DNA of 64,000 nucleotides from an uncultured Verrucomicrobia subdivision 3 bacterium (GCA_903827955.1 CAIKKJ010000034.1:2946-66945), one strand, 5' to 3'; positions 44,885 to 55,181 are shown, counted from the first letter of the stretch. Made by a program: numbers and translations. Notes: a model not told the origin generated them from the sequence alone.

Positions 44885-47008
44885 ATGGGTGCTTTAAGCG
44901 ATCGGATGCGGGGCTTGCTCAAACACGGTGATTTGTGGCTGATTTTCGGGCTTTTCGGCACGATTCTGCTGCTGATCCTGCCCGTGCCGCCGTTTCTTTT
45001 GGACCTGCTGCTGACGGTGAGCATCGGGCTTTCGCTGCTGACGTTGCTGGTCATTCTTTACCTGCGCACTCCGGCAGAATTTACCGGGTTTCCCACGCTG
45101 CTGCTCTTCATCACGCTTTATCGCCTCGCGCTGAACGTCGCTTCCACGCGCCTGATTTTGCTCGATGGCTACGCGGGGCACATCATCGAGGCGTTCGGAA
45201 ATTTCGTGGTGCGTGGCAATTACGTCGTCGGTCTCGTCGTCTTCGCGATTCTCGTGCTGATCAATTTTATCGTCATCACGAAGGGCGCGGGGCGCATCGC
45301 GGAAGTCGCGGCGCGCTTCACGTTGGACGCGATGCCCGGCAAACAGATGGCGATTGACGCGGAACTCAACGCCGGTCTCATCAACGAATCCGAGGCGCGC
45401 ACTCGCCGCCGCGCGGTCGAGGAAGAAGCGGATTTCTACGGCGCGATGGACGGTGCAAGCAAGTTCGTGCGCGGTGATGCAATCGCGGCGATTTTAATCA
45501 CTTTGATCAATGTTATCGGGGGTTTTGCGGTGGGCATCATGCAAAAGGGCATGACGATGAACGAGGCGCTCTCGCGCTTCACGATGCTGTCCATCGGCGA
45601 CGGTCTGGTCTCGCAAGTGCCCGCGCTCATCACGTCGGTGGCGGCGGGTATTTTGGTGACGCGCGCGACGTCGAAGGCGGATTTGGGACGCGAGTTGAGC
45701 CGGCAACTTTTGTTTTATCCGAAGGCGCTGACGATTCTCGCGGTGATGCTCGGCGTCATGGCGCTGGTTCCCGGTTTGCCGACCGTGCCGTTCCTCACGA
45801 TGGCGGCGGTGGTCGGATTGCTGTCGCACACGATCAACAAAAGCGGGATGCCCGACATGGGCGCGGCTTCAGCGGCGACCGCCGGCGGCATGAACGGCAA
45901 ATCGGCGGACGCAAAAACTCCTGCCGGCGGTTCCGCGACGGCGGCCGAGGCGAAGGCCACGGACAAATTGGAAAATCTCCTCGCGCTCGACACGTTGCAA
46001 ATCGAACTCGGCTACGCGCTCGTGGCGATGGCCGACGGCAAAAAAGGCGGCGACCTTTTGGAGCGCGTCACCGGCGTGCGCAAACAGTTCGCCACAGACA
46101 TGGGTTTGCTGATTCCGCCGATCAAATTGCGCGACAATCTACAACTCGGAAACAACGAATATCGCTTTGTTTTAAAGGGCAATCCCATTGCGCAAGGCCA
46201 GTTGACGCCGAACCACTGGCTCGCGATGAACGCGACGAACAGCAAGGTGACACTCAAGGGAATTCCGACGGTCGAGCCGGTGTTTCAACTGCCGGCGACG
46301 TGGGTTACCGAAGTCGAACGCAAGAACGCCGAGGTCGCGGGCTTCACCGTCGTGGACGCGCCGTCGGTGCTCATCACGCATCTTTCCGAAACCGTGCGCC
46401 GCCACAGCCACGAAATTTTGACGCGGCAGGACGTGCAATCGCTGCTCGATAATTTGAAGCAGACGCATCCGGCGGTGGTGAACGAATTGATCCCCGGCCA
46501 GTTGAGCATCGGCCAGGTGCAACGCATTTTGCAGAATCTTTTGGCGGAAGGAATTTCCATCAAAAACCTCGCAGGCATTTTGGAAAAAGTTGGCGACTTC
46601 GCGTCGCTCACGAAAAATCCGGACGAACTTTCCGAGCACGCCCGCCGCGCGCTCGGCGCGCAGCTCTCGCGGCAATATCAGACGGAAAACGGCAGCGTCC
46701 GCGCCATCACGATTGATCCGAAGCTTGAAGCGCAGCTTGCGCTCGGCGTGCGGCAGTCCGCAAACGAGGTCGCGCTCGTCATCGAGCCGCGCGTGGCGCG
46801 GCACGTCATTGATTCGCTGTCGCGCGTCATCCAGCAGATGCTCGCGGCGGGACAGCAGCCGGTGGTGTTGTGCGCGCCGCAACTGCGACTAGCGTTCCGC
46901 CGATTTTTTGAGAACACCTTCAGCGACCTCGCCGTCTTGTCTTACGCGGAAATTCCGCCGCGCGTGCAGGTGCAAAACGCGGCGGTGATTCCTGGAATTG
47001 AAGCATGA
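44885..47008 (+). CDS. flhA: flagellar type III export apparatus protein FlhA
   Basis: FHIPEP family pattern (PGKQMAIDA, GDG...QVPAL). Start uncertain: the ORF opens at 44819, and ATG 44885 was chosen. Confidence 0.9.
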   Translation: MGALSDRMRGLLKHGDLWLIFGLFGTILLLILPVPPFLLDLLLTVSIGLSLLTLLVILYLRTPAEFTGFPTLLLFITLYRLALNVASTRLILLDGYAGHIIEAFGNFVVRGNYVVGLVVFAILVLINFIVITKGAGRIAEVAARFTLDAMPGKQMAIDAELNAGLINESEARTRRRAVEEEADFYGAMDGASKFVRGDAIAAILITLINVIGGFAVGIMQKGMTMNEALSRFTMLSIGDGLVSQVPALITSVAAGILVTRATSKADLGRELSRQLLFYPKALTILAVMLGVMALVPGLPTVPFLTMAAVVGLLSHTINKSGMPDMGAASAATAGGMNGKSADAKTPAGGSATAAEAKATDKLENLLALDTLQIELGYALVAMADGKKGGDLLERVTGVRKQFATDMGLLIPPIKLRDNLQLGNNEYRFVLKGNPIAQGQLTPNHWLAMNATNSKVTLKGIPTVEPVFQLPATWVTEVERKNAEVAGFTVVDAPSVLITHLSETVRRHSHEILTRQDVQSLLDNLKQTHPAVVNELIPGQLSIGQVQRILQNLLAEGISIKNLAGILEKVGDFASLTKNPDELSEHARRALGAQLSRQYQTENGSVRAITIDPKLEAQLALGVRQSANEVALVIEPRVARHVIDSLSRVIQQMLAAGQQPVVLCAPQLRLAFRRFFENTFSDLAVLSYAEIPPRVQVQNAAVIPGIEA

Positions 47009-48018
47009 AGCTGTCGTCGTTCACCGCTGAAAACGCCAATGATGCCGTGCGTTTGGTGCAAGCCAACCTCGGCCCGGACGCGGTGATCATCAGCGTGCGC
47101 AAATTGCCGGGCAACGGTTTTGCGCGGCTGCTGCATCGCGGCGGACAGATCGAAGTGACGGCTGGTGTGCCGGAAACTTCGCAGCCGCGCCACGTCGTGC
47201 CGGCGGGCGTGAAGGCGTATTCGCCGTTCAACGAAAACGAAGAAGCCCCGGAAATTTCCGTCCGCGCGCCGCACCGCTGGCGCAGCGTGGCTTGGTTGGA
47301 ATCGCTCGGCCTGCTGCCGGAATACGCGGACCGGCTGGAACAAAAAATTATTTCGTCCCACGGCGCGTTGCCACCCGCCAATCCGATCGAGGAATGGCAT
47401 TGGGTGCGCGATTCGCTAGCGACATTCTGGCGTTCGCATCAACACGCAGAAAACGGCACAGGACGGCCGCATGTTTTCATCGGCCCGCCCGGCGTGGGTA
47501 AGACGACGGCAATCTGCAAATGGCTGACGACCGCCGTGCTGCGTAACGGCCAGCGCGCCAGAATTTCGCGGCTGGATGGCGAGACGGTGAACACGGCGGA
47601 ATTTCTCACGCTGCATTCCGAAATGCTCGGCGTGACGTGCGAACGTTTCTGGAGCGAGCCGACGGGCGCGGAGGATTTGCTGTTCGTGGATCTGCCGGGC
47701 GTGGAGCCGCACAATCCGAAGGCGCTGGCGGTGTTGCGCGACGTTTTATTTTCGCTGCCGCAGCCGCACATCCATTTAGTTTTGAACGCGGCCTACGAAA
47801 CGACCCTGCTGTTCGAGCAATTCAATGCGTTTGCGCCGTTGATGCCGGAGGATTTGATTTTCACGCACCTCGACGAGGAGCATCGCCGCGTGAAACTCTG
47901 GAATTTTGTGCTCGGCACAAACTGCCCGTTTGGGTGGCTGGGCGGCGGGCAAAAAATTCCGGGTGAATTCGTGAAAGCGGATTCGAAAATTTTATTTCCA
48001 CACGAAAAGCCCCATTAA
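47005..48018 (+). CDS. flhF: flagellar biosynthesis GTPase FlhF
   Basis: SRP-type GTPase motifs (FIGPPGVGKTT, DLPG) with the typical N-terminus MKL.SF.A....DAV.LV...LGPDAVI. Start overlaps the flhA stop. Confidence 0.8.
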   Translation: MKLSSFTAENANDAVRLVQANLGPDAVIISVRKLPGNGFARLLHRGGQIEVTAGVPETSQPRHVVPAGVKAYSPFNENEEAPEISVRAPHRWRSVAWLESLGLLPEYADRLEQKIISSHGALPPANPIEEWHWVRDSLATFWRSHQHAENGTGRPHVFIGPPGVGKTTAICKWLTTAVLRNGQRARISRLDGETVNTAEFLTLHSEMLGVTCERFWSEPTGAEDLLFVDLPGVEPHNPKALAVLRDVLFSLPQPHIHLVLNAAYETTLLFEQFNAFAPLMPEDLIFTHLDEEHRRVKLWNFVLGTNCPFGWLGGGQKIPGEFVKADSKILFPHEKPH

Positions 48019-48090
48019 AATTGGCGATTCAGGTTTTGTGAAAATCTAAAAACGGGCTGGCAAAGAGCTTGCTAAAGGAGGGGAACGAAG

Positions 48091-48333
48091 ATGAAAGCAA
48101 TAATGATTTTAGGCGCGAACGTGGGTTTTGTCCTCGGCATGAGCGCCAGCATTTGGGGTGATTGTTCCTGGCCGGTCGCGCTGGGACACGCGGGTGCCAC
48201 GGCGCTGGTCGGCGGCATCCTCGGCCGCTGGTGGGGGAAAATCTGGTTCACCGAACTGCACGACGCCCTTGAACAACGCCGCCGCGAACGCGCCGCCGCC
48301 GCCGCCGAATCGAAATCTCCCGCCAAAGCTTGA
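48091..48333 (+). CDS. small membrane protein
   Basis: 80 aa with two hydrophobic helices. Position corresponds to where flhG is usually found, but there is no ATPase motif. Confidence 0.4.
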   Translation: MKAIMILGANVGFVLGMSASIWGDCSWPVALGHAGATALVGGILGRWWGKIWFTELHDALEQRRRERAAAAAESKSPAKA

Positions 48334-48351
48334 TCCGGAATTACCAACCGC

Positions 48352-48657
48352 ATGAAAAAACAAATTTCTAACGAACGCGAGTTGCTCCAGCAGCACACGC
48401 CGCTGGTGTCCGCGCTGGTGAAACAGATTGCCGGCACCATACCGCCGGTGTGCAGCACCGAACACCTGCACGGGCTGGGACTCATCGCGCTGCTCGACGC
48501 AGTGCGGTGCTATCCGCCGGCCTGCCAGCTTTCGTTTGAAACATTCGCCCGCATTCAGATTCACGGTGCGCTCATCAGCGAAATCCGCCGCGCGCAAGAT
48601 TGGTTCCATTCCGAATCAGATTCACCGGCGCTAACCCAAAAACCTATTTTCGCATGA
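48352..48657 (+). CDS. sigma-70 region-2-only protein (FliA-like fragment)
   Basis: LVSALVKQIAG......EHLHGLGLIALLDAVRCY......SFETFARIQIHGALISEIRR resembles sigma-70 region 2.1-2.4. The ORF stops after 101 aa, and no region 3 or 4 is found in any frame downstream. Confidence 0.5.
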   Translation: MKKQISNERELLQQHTPLVSALVKQIAGTIPPVCSTEHLHGLGLIALLDAVRCYPPACQLSFETFARIQIHGALISEIRRAQDWFHSESDSPALTQKPIFA

Positions 48658-48870
48658 AAACTTTGACTGCTCCGACCACTGACACTGCCGCCGCCACGCC
48701 TGCCCGCCGTCAAACTCTGCGACGCGCCGGCGTTTGGAAAAAATTTAATTCTCACCCGCGATCAAATCTCCGAACTGCTCGCCGCCAACGCACCGGCGCT
48801 CGGCACTAATTTTTCCGGCGCCGAGGCCATCAAAATTTCCCGCCGCGCGCGGACGTTCGGCGAATCGGAC

Positions 48871-49488
48871 GTGCTCGGCCTGCTCACCGCTGCGCTGCAA
48901 CAAGATTTCATCAAGGACAAAGGCCAGCTCGAACTGCGCCTCGCCCAGCCGTGGAACCCGCTCGTTTTGCCGGATGAACCGCTCACGCTCGACGTGCAGG
49001 AACTGCCTACCGCCGGCGTCACGCAAAGTTTCATCCTGCGCTTCGCCCTGCGCACGCCGCACGAAACGCTCGGCACTTGGACCGCCAATCTCAAAGCCGG
49101 CGTCTGGCGCGAAGTCTGCGTGGCCAGCCGTCAGGTCAAACGCGGCGAGGCCGTGACGGACAACACATATTCCCGCGAACGCCGCGACATTTTGAACCAG
49201 CGCGAACAGCTCGCCGATCTTTCCGCCAGCGACGACGCGCTCGAATTCACCGAGTCTGTGCCCTCCGGCGTGCCGTTGCTGCTGCGCATGGTCAAGGCGC
49301 GCACTGTCATTCACCGCGGCCAGCAGGCCGATGCGCTCGTGCAGGACGGCGGCTTGAGCGTGAAAACGAAGGTGGAAATTCTGGAAGACGGCGCGCCCGG
49401 CGATTTCATCCACGCCCGCAACTCCGCCACGCACCGCGACCTCACCGGCAAAGTGCTCAATGAAAAAACCATTTTGATCTCGCTATGA
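48871..49488 (+). CDS. flgA: flagellar basal-body P-ring formation chaperone FlgA (5' end uncertain)
   Basis: SAF/ChapFlgA-like C-terminus (V..A.R.I.RG......V......ARN..T.R...G.V). GTG 48871 is the first canonical start, but the frame is open and protein-like from 48667. Confidence 0.65.
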   Translation: MLGLLTAALQQDFIKDKGQLELRLAQPWNPLVLPDEPLTLDVQELPTAGVTQSFILRFALRTPHETLGTWTANLKAGVWREVCVASRQVKRGEAVTDNTYSRERRDILNQREQLADLSASDDALEFTESVPSGVPLLLRMVKARTVIHRGQQADALVQDGGLSVKTKVEILEDGAPGDFIHARNSATHRDLTGKVLNEKTILISL

Positions 49489-50120
49489 AAATGAAATCAC
49501 CCAAAACATTTTTTACCGCCGCCATCGCCGTCATCGCCCTGTCCCAGTTGCCCGCCACTGCGCAATCGCTCTGGCACGACGAGTCCGCGCGGCCAATGCT
49601 GGCCGACAAACGCGCCTGCGCCGTGGGCGACATCCTCACCGTGCTCGTGCAGGAAAACAGCACAGCCACGAAGAAAAATACCACGTCCACGTCCAAGAAC
49701 AGTGCGCAGGACGCCAGTGTCTCGACGTTTTTATACGGCGCCGGCAGTGGCGCCACCGCCCTGCTCTCGCGCGGCGGCCAGATGCCCGCGTTGAAATACA
49801 GTTCCAAAAACAGCTTCGATGGCGGCGGCTCGATTGACAATTCCCAGGCGCTCGTCGCGAGCGTCGCGGTGAAGGTGATTGATGTGCTGCCGAACCGCTG
49901 CCTCGTCATCGAAGGTCAACGCGAAACATCTTTCAGCGGCGAAAAAGAAAGCGCCACGCTCCACGGCATCGTCCGCCCGGAAGACATCTTGGCGAACAAC
50001 ACGATTTACAGCTACAACATCGCCGACGCCAAGGTGGAAATCCTCTCGAAGGGCGTCATCACCGACAACCAGCGCCGCGGCTGGTTCAGCTACGTCTGGA
50101 ACAAAGTCACCCCGTTTTGA
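49485..50120 (+). CDS. flgH: flagellar L-ring protein FlgH
   Basis: Signal peptide present. LW.D...R....D.RA..VGDILTV.V.E and the rest of the FlgH pattern. Confidence 0.85.
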   Translation: MKMKSPKTFFTAAIAVIALSQLPATAQSLWHDESARPMLADKRACAVGDILTVLVQENSTATKKNTTSTSKNSAQDASVSTFLYGAGSGATALLSRGGQMPALKYSSKNSFDGGGSIDNSQALVASVAVKVIDVLPNRCLVIEGQRETSFSGEKESATLHGIVRPEDILANNTIYSYNIADAKVEILSKGVITDNQRRGWFSYVWNKVTPF

Positions 50121-50121
50121 T

Positions 50122-51351
50122 ATGCCACTCGTTCCCCGTTCACTCCGTCCCCGTTCACGCATCGCCAGCGAGGCGCGGGCGTTGCCGCTGGAAAAAACCT
50201 CCTGCTCGGCCGTCAGAAAAAATCCGGACACGGAGTTCAAAAAGATTTTTCCGCTGCCGGCCGCGCTGGGGATTTTTCTCGCCCTACTCATGCCGCTTTC
50301 AAGCTTCGCCACCGGCGTGAAATTGCGGGACCTCGTCATGATTTCCGGTGCGCGCGACAACCAACTCGTCGGCTACGGACTCGTCGTCGGACTCGCGGGC
50401 GATGGCGACAAGGATCAGATTTACACCAAGCAGAGCGTGGCGAACATGCTCTCGCGTTACGGCGTCAACATTCCGGCGGCGACGATTTCCGCCAAAAATG
50501 TCGCCGTGGTGATGATCACCGCCGACATCCCGCCGTTCATCAAGCCCGGCGCGCGGATTGACGTGACCATCGCCTCCATCGGCGATGCCAAATCGCTTTC
50601 CGGCGGCGTGCTGCTGCAAACGCCGATGATCGGCGCGGACAACAAAGTTTATGCCGTCGCGCAAGGCCCGCTCGTGCTCGGCGGCTTTTCCGCCGGCGAA
50701 GGCGGCGGCGGCGGCGCGACCGTCACCAAAAATCATCCGACGACGGCGCAGATCATCAACGGTGCGCTGGTGGAAAAAGAAATTCCCACGCAGTTCGTCC
50801 ACGACAGCTCGCTGCAATTGCTGCTGCGCGAACCGAGTTTCAATTCCGCCGCTGCGATGGCCGTGGCCATCAACGAAGTTTACACCAACGCTGCGCACGC
50901 TGTGGATTCCGCCACCGTGCTCGTGCAGATGCCCGAAGGCACGGAGGGCACGCCGGTGGATTTCATCGCGCAATTAAACAAGATTGTCGTCACGCCCGAT
51001 ATGCCGGCGCGCATCATCATCAATGAGCGCACCGGCACGATTGTCGCCACGGCGGACATCCACATCTCCGCGTGCGCCGTCGCCTGCGGCAACATCACTA
51101 TCAACGTCGCGCAGTCGCTGGATGTTTCGCAGCCCGGCGCGTTCAGCGGCGGCAGCACCGCCGTGACACCGCGCACGGACACGAAAGTTTCCGAAAGCAA
51201 ATCCGGCCTGATTCCGCTGCCGGAATTGCCGACGGTGGAAAAAGTCGCCTCCGCCCTAAACGCGCTCGGCGCGACGCCGCGCGACATGATGTCCATTTTC
51301 CAAGCCATGAAACAGGCCGGCGCGTTGCAGGCCGAACTCGTCACCCGCTGA
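50122..51351 (+). CDS. flgI: flagellar P-ring protein FlgI
   Basis: RDNQLVGYGLVVGLAGDGD and ...QALKQAGAL.AEL pattern. Start uncertain: the signal peptide begins about 40 codons after ATG 50122. Confidence 0.85.
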   Translation: MPLVPRSLRPRSRIASEARALPLEKTSCSAVRKNPDTEFKKIFPLPAALGIFLALLMPLSSFATGVKLRDLVMISGARDNQLVGYGLVVGLAGDGDKDQIYTKQSVANMLSRYGVNIPAATISAKNVAVVMITADIPPFIKPGARIDVTIASIGDAKSLSGGVLLQTPMIGADNKVYAVAQGPLVLGGFSAGEGGGGGATVTKNHPTTAQIINGALVEKEIPTQFVHDSSLQLLLREPSFNSAAAMAVAINEVYTNAAHAVDSATVLVQMPEGTEGTPVDFIAQLNKIVVTPDMPARIIINERTGTIVATADIHISACAVACGNITINVAQSLDVSQPGAFSGGSTAVTPRTDTKVSESKSGLIPLPELPTVEKVASALNALGATPRDMMSIFQAMKQAGALQAELVTR

Positions 51352-51680
51352 TGAACATCACCAACATCCAATCGAAATTCGACGCGAGCAACGTCCCGGT
51401 GGAATCGCTCGCGGGAAATAAAAATTTGTCCGAAGACCAGAAAATCGCCGAGGCCAGCCGGCAGTTCGAGGCGATTCTAGTGCGGCAATTTTTGAACGAG
51501 TCGCAGAAAACCGTCATCCAGTCGTCGTTCTCCGACAATTCTGCGTCTGCCGGCATTTATCAGGACATGGTCACCAACCAACTGGCCGACAGCCTCACCC
51601 GGCATGGCGGCATCGGCCTCGCAAAAACTTTTGAGCAACAGCTCACCCATCATCACACCGTTACGACTCCCAAAACATGA
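51351..51680 (+). CDS. rod-binding protein (FlgJ N-terminal domain only)
   Basis: Rod-binding pattern A.RQFEAILVRQFL. ATG overlaps the flgI stop. No muramidase domain. Confidence 0.65.
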   Translation: MNITNIQSKFDASNVPVESLAGNKNLSEDQKIAEASRQFEAILVRQFLNESQKTVIQSSFSDNSASAGIYQDMVTNQLADSLTRHGGIGLAKTFEQQLTHHHTVTTPKT

Positions 51681-52174
51681 AAGAACTTTTGTCCAACCTC
51701 ATCGAAGCCCTGCGCGAGGAGTTGAAGCAATACGGCGAGATGCTCGCCCTGCTCGACCAGCAGCAGCAACTCGTCATGCGCCGCCAGACCGGCGACTTGC
51801 CCCACAGCGCCAACAGCATCAACGCCCAGGCCGAAATTTTGCGCGGCGCGCGGCACGAACGCGAACAGCGCCAGCGCAATCTCGCCCGCCTGATGGATCT
51901 GCCGGAAGATGCCAATTTCAAAATCCTGCTGCCAAAACTGCCTGCCGATTATCAGCCGCTTCTGGATGCGCTCGTGTCCGAAAACAACGAGCTACTCACC
52001 CGCGTGCAGGCGCGCGCACGGCAAAATCATTTATTGTTGAGTCATTGCGTGGATCTGATGCAGCAGCTCATCCACTCGATTTTTCCGGCAGTGAAACCGG
52101 TGACTTACGACGGCCACGGCCACACGCCGCTGGTCGCGGTTCCGGCGCAGTCACTGTATCAGGCCGTCGGTTGA
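51677..52174 (+). CDS. flgN: FlgN-like flagellar chaperone
   Basis: 165 aa, helical. L..L...L..E...Y..L..LL..Q pattern, directly upstream of flgK. Confidence 0.55.
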   Translation: MKELLSNLIEALREELKQYGEMLALLDQQQQLVMRRQTGDLPHSANSINAQAEILRGARHEREQRQRNLARLMDLPEDANFKILLPKLPADYQPLLDALVSENNELLTRVQARARQNHLLLSHCVDLMQQLIHSIFPAVKPVTYDGHGHTPLVAVPAQSLYQAVG

Positions 52175-52181
52175 ATTTTTT

Positions 52182-53570
52182 ATGCTCGGACTTTTCAGCA
52201 CCCTGGATCTGGCGAAGCGTTCCATGCAGACGCAGATGACCGGCGTGGAGGTGGCGGGGCAGAACATCGCCAACGTCAACACGCCCGGCTATTCGCGCCA
52301 GCGCGTGGACATCGCCACGACCGCTGACATTGCCACGACAGCGGGCATGCAAGGCACCGGCGCGCAGGCCGTCCGCATCCAGCAAATCGTCAGCGACCTG
52401 TTGAACGGCCAGATTCAATCGAACGCCAGCGACCTCGGCTACCAGCAAGGCCGGCAGACTGCATTGCAAAGCACGCAGGACATGCTCGGCGAAATTTTGA
52501 ACAGCACCAACGGCACGAGCAGTTCCGGTTTGTCGAGCCAGTTGAATAATCTGTTCAGCGCGTTTCAAGGCCTGGCAACTTCACCAAATTCCGCTTCCGC
52601 GCGTCAGACACTTCTGGGTGCGGCGCAAAATGTGGCGACTTCGTTCAACCAGATCAGCAAGCACCTTTCCGAGCTGAACACATCGCTCAACACCTCGCTG
52701 ACAAGCGATGTGAATTCCGCGAACAAGCTGCTCGCACAAGTCACGGAACTAAATAAACAGATTTACACCGCCGAATTTTCCGGCGGCGCGGCGAATGATC
52801 TACGCGACCAGCGCGAGCAGGCGCTGGAAAATTTGTCCAAGCTGACAGATTTCACCACCGGCGCGGATTCAAAGGGCGAAATCACCGTGACTATCGGCGG
52901 CCAGACGCTGGTGAACGGCGCGCAGCAACTGGATTCGCTTAAGACTTACGACGGCGGCGGCGGCCAACTCCTCGTGCAGACGGCCACCGGCGCGGTCAAT
53001 CTGTCGCTAACGCGCGGCACGATGCAGGGAACGATTTCCGCGCGCGACAACGAACTCGCCACGATGCAGACCAAGCTGAATTCGCTCGCGGTGCATTTGA
53101 GCGGCGCGGTGAACGGCATCCACAACGTCGGCTTCAGCCCCAGCGGCACGACGGGCGCAAATTTTTTCAACGGTATCAGCGCGGCAACCATTTCCGTCAA
53201 CCCGACGCTGCTGGATGACCCGACGTTGATCCAGACTTCCAACGGCCCGTCGAGTGATAATTCCGTGGCGCTGCAACTGTCGCAGCTGGCATCGTCGCCG
53301 CAGGCGGGTTTGAGCAACGAGACGTTCACGGATTTTTACGGCAGCGCCCTCGCCGGCCTAGGCACGGCGTTGAGCGACGCCAACACGCAGGTCACCAGCC
53401 AGCAGGCGGTCACGAACATGCTCACCACGCAACGCGGCGCCATCAGCGGCGTGAACATTGACGAAGAGATGACGAATCTGCTGACGTTCCAGCGTTCCTA
53501 CGCGGCCTCGGCGGAATTGCTCAAGACCGTTGACCAGATGATCCAGACCACCTTGGGATTGAAGAACTAA
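52182..53570 (+). CDS. flgK: flagellar hook-associated protein 1 FlgK
   Basis: N-terminal TG.EV.GQNIANVNTPGYSRQ and C-terminal ISGVN.DEEM.NLL.FQR.Y.A.A. Confidence 0.9.
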   Translation: MLGLFSTLDLAKRSMQTQMTGVEVAGQNIANVNTPGYSRQRVDIATTADIATTAGMQGTGAQAVRIQQIVSDLLNGQIQSNASDLGYQQGRQTALQSTQDMLGEILNSTNGTSSSGLSSQLNNLFSAFQGLATSPNSASARQTLLGAAQNVATSFNQISKHLSELNTSLNTSLTSDVNSANKLLAQVTELNKQIYTAEFSGGAANDLRDQREQALENLSKLTDFTTGADSKGEITVTIGGQTLVNGAQQLDSLKTYDGGGGQLLVQTATGAVNLSLTRGTMQGTISARDNELATMQTKLNSLAVHLSGAVNGIHNVGFSPSGTTGANFFNGISAATISVNPTLLDDPTLIQTSNGPSSDNSVALQLSQLASSPQAGLSNETFTDFYGSALAGLGTALSDANTQVTSQQAVTNMLTTQRGAISGVNIDEEMTNLLTFQRSYAASAELLKTVDQMIQTTLGLKN

Positions 53571-53578
53571 AATAATTT

Positions 53579-54523
53579 ATGCGCGTCTCCATCCATGCCT
53601 ACACCGACTCGATGTTGAACCAGTTCAATGCGCTCGCTGGCCGGCAATTCAATTTGCAAAACCAGGCCTCGACCGGGCTGCGCGTGCAGTCCGCTTCCGA
53701 CGACCCGGCGGCGATGGCAAACACGCTGGCGCTCATCGCCAAAAAAAATGCAGACACGCAATACGCACAGAACATCACTACCCTGCAAGATCGGGGCAAC
53801 CTGATTTACGGCGTGCTGCAAACGCTCCAAGCTCACACCACCCGCGCCGGTGAACTCGCCACCATCGGCGCGAACGACCCTACCTCCAGCGACGCCTTGA
53901 AAAATTACGCCAAGGAAGTGAACGACATGATCGAGGACACGGTGAAGCAGGCAAATTCGAAAGACACCACCAGCGGGACGTATCTCTTCGGCGGCACTGC
54001 CAGCAATTCGGCGCCGTTTAGTGTGACGCGCAATGCCAACGGCGACATTTCCGGTGTGACCTACAACGGCTCCAGTTCGGTGAATCAATCGGAGATCGGC
54101 GAGAACCAGACGTCTTCAGTGGATGTGCCGGGCGTGAACAACGGCGCGACCGGTGCGCGCGGCCTATTCACCGACAGCCAGTCGGGCGCAGATTTTTTCA
54201 ACCACCTGATTTCGTTGCGCGACCATTTGCTCGCTGGCAACAAGACGGCAATCACCAGCAACGACTCGCCGAACATTCAGAAGGACGAAAACAATCTTGC
54301 CTACCAAGTCGCCAGCAACGGCGTCGCGCAAAACCGGCTCGCCACAGCGGCCTCGTTTATCTCCGACCATTCGCAATCACTCGACAAAGCGATTTCGAAT
54401 CAGTCGTCCGCCGACCTCGTGCAAACGATGGTCGAGTTGAACCGTGCACAAAACGGTTATCAAGCCGCGTTACAGACGAGCGCGAAGGTCATGCAGATGT
54501 CCATCCTGAATTACATTTCATGA
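53579..54523 (+). CDS. flgL: flagellar hook-associated protein 3 FlgL
   Basis: Flagellin-like N and C termini. Follows flgK. Confidence 0.85.
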   Translation: MRVSIHAYTDSMLNQFNALAGRQFNLQNQASTGLRVQSASDDPAAMANTLALIAKKNADTQYAQNITTLQDRGNLIYGVLQTLQAHTTRAGELATIGANDPTSSDALKNYAKEVNDMIEDTVKQANSKDTTSGTYLFGGTASNSAPFSVTRNANGDISGVTYNGSSSVNQSEIGENQTSSVDVPGVNNGATGARGLFTDSQSGADFFNHLISLRDHLLAGNKTAITSNDSPNIQKDENNLAYQVASNGVAQNRLATAASFISDHSQSLDKAISNQSSADLVQTMVELNRAQNGYQAALQTSAKVMQMSILNYIS

Positions 54524-54731
54524 AAACCGAAACCCACTTGGAAATGCGCCGGCTGGCTGACTGGGAAAATCTTTCCCCGGCGGAGCAGATTTTGCCGGGC
54601 GGCTGGGCGGAAAAAGTTTCTACTTGGAATAAAATCGATTCAAAACCAAAAAAATGGCTGTTTTTCGTGAGTTTTCGCGTTAGTGCGCGAAAATTATTAC
54701 GTGGCACGGCCGTTGCTTAAGGATACCTGCA

Positions 54732-55169
54732 ATGAAATGCGCTGAAATGACGGAACCTGAAATCACGGCAAGGACGCCGCACACCAACCATGTGCGAATC
54801 CCCACCGGGCTGTTGGGTTTCGAGCAGATCAAGGACTACGTCCTCACGTCGAACCCCGACGAAGAGCCGTTCGCTTGGCTGCACGTCCAAGACAACTCGG
54901 CGCTGGCCTTCGTGGTCATTGACCCGTTCGTCGCGTTGCCGAGCTACTCGCCGGACATCCCGAAAATGGATGTGGAATTCCTTGGCTTGGCAGATTCCGC
55001 CGACGCCATGTTGCTCGCCATCGTGACCGTCAAAGACGACGGCGCCGCGACGATGAACCTGAAAGGCCCGCTCGTCATCAACCGTCACACGCACACCGGC
55101 AAACAGGTGATCATCAGTAACGCGGGCGATTACTCGATCAAACATCCGCTGCCGGCGGCACAGGAATAA
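54732..55169 (+). CDS. fliW: flagellar assembly factor FliW
   Basis: GLLGFE....Y.L.......PF.WL......LAFVVIDPF pattern. Confidence 0.85.
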   Translation: MKCAEMTEPEITARTPHTNHVRIPTGLLGFEQIKDYVLTSNPDEEPFAWLHVQDNSALAFVVIDPFVALPSYSPDIPKMDVEFLGLADSADAMLLAIVTVKDDGAATMNLKGPLVINRHTHTGKQVIISNAGDYSIKHPLPAAQE

Positions 55170-55181
55170 AAGGGAATAACT

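Noticed and set aside
54520-54720. 66-aa ORF in the flgL-fliW spacer
   Set aside because: No motifs, starts inside the flgL stop region and has odd composition. Probably non-coding spacer.
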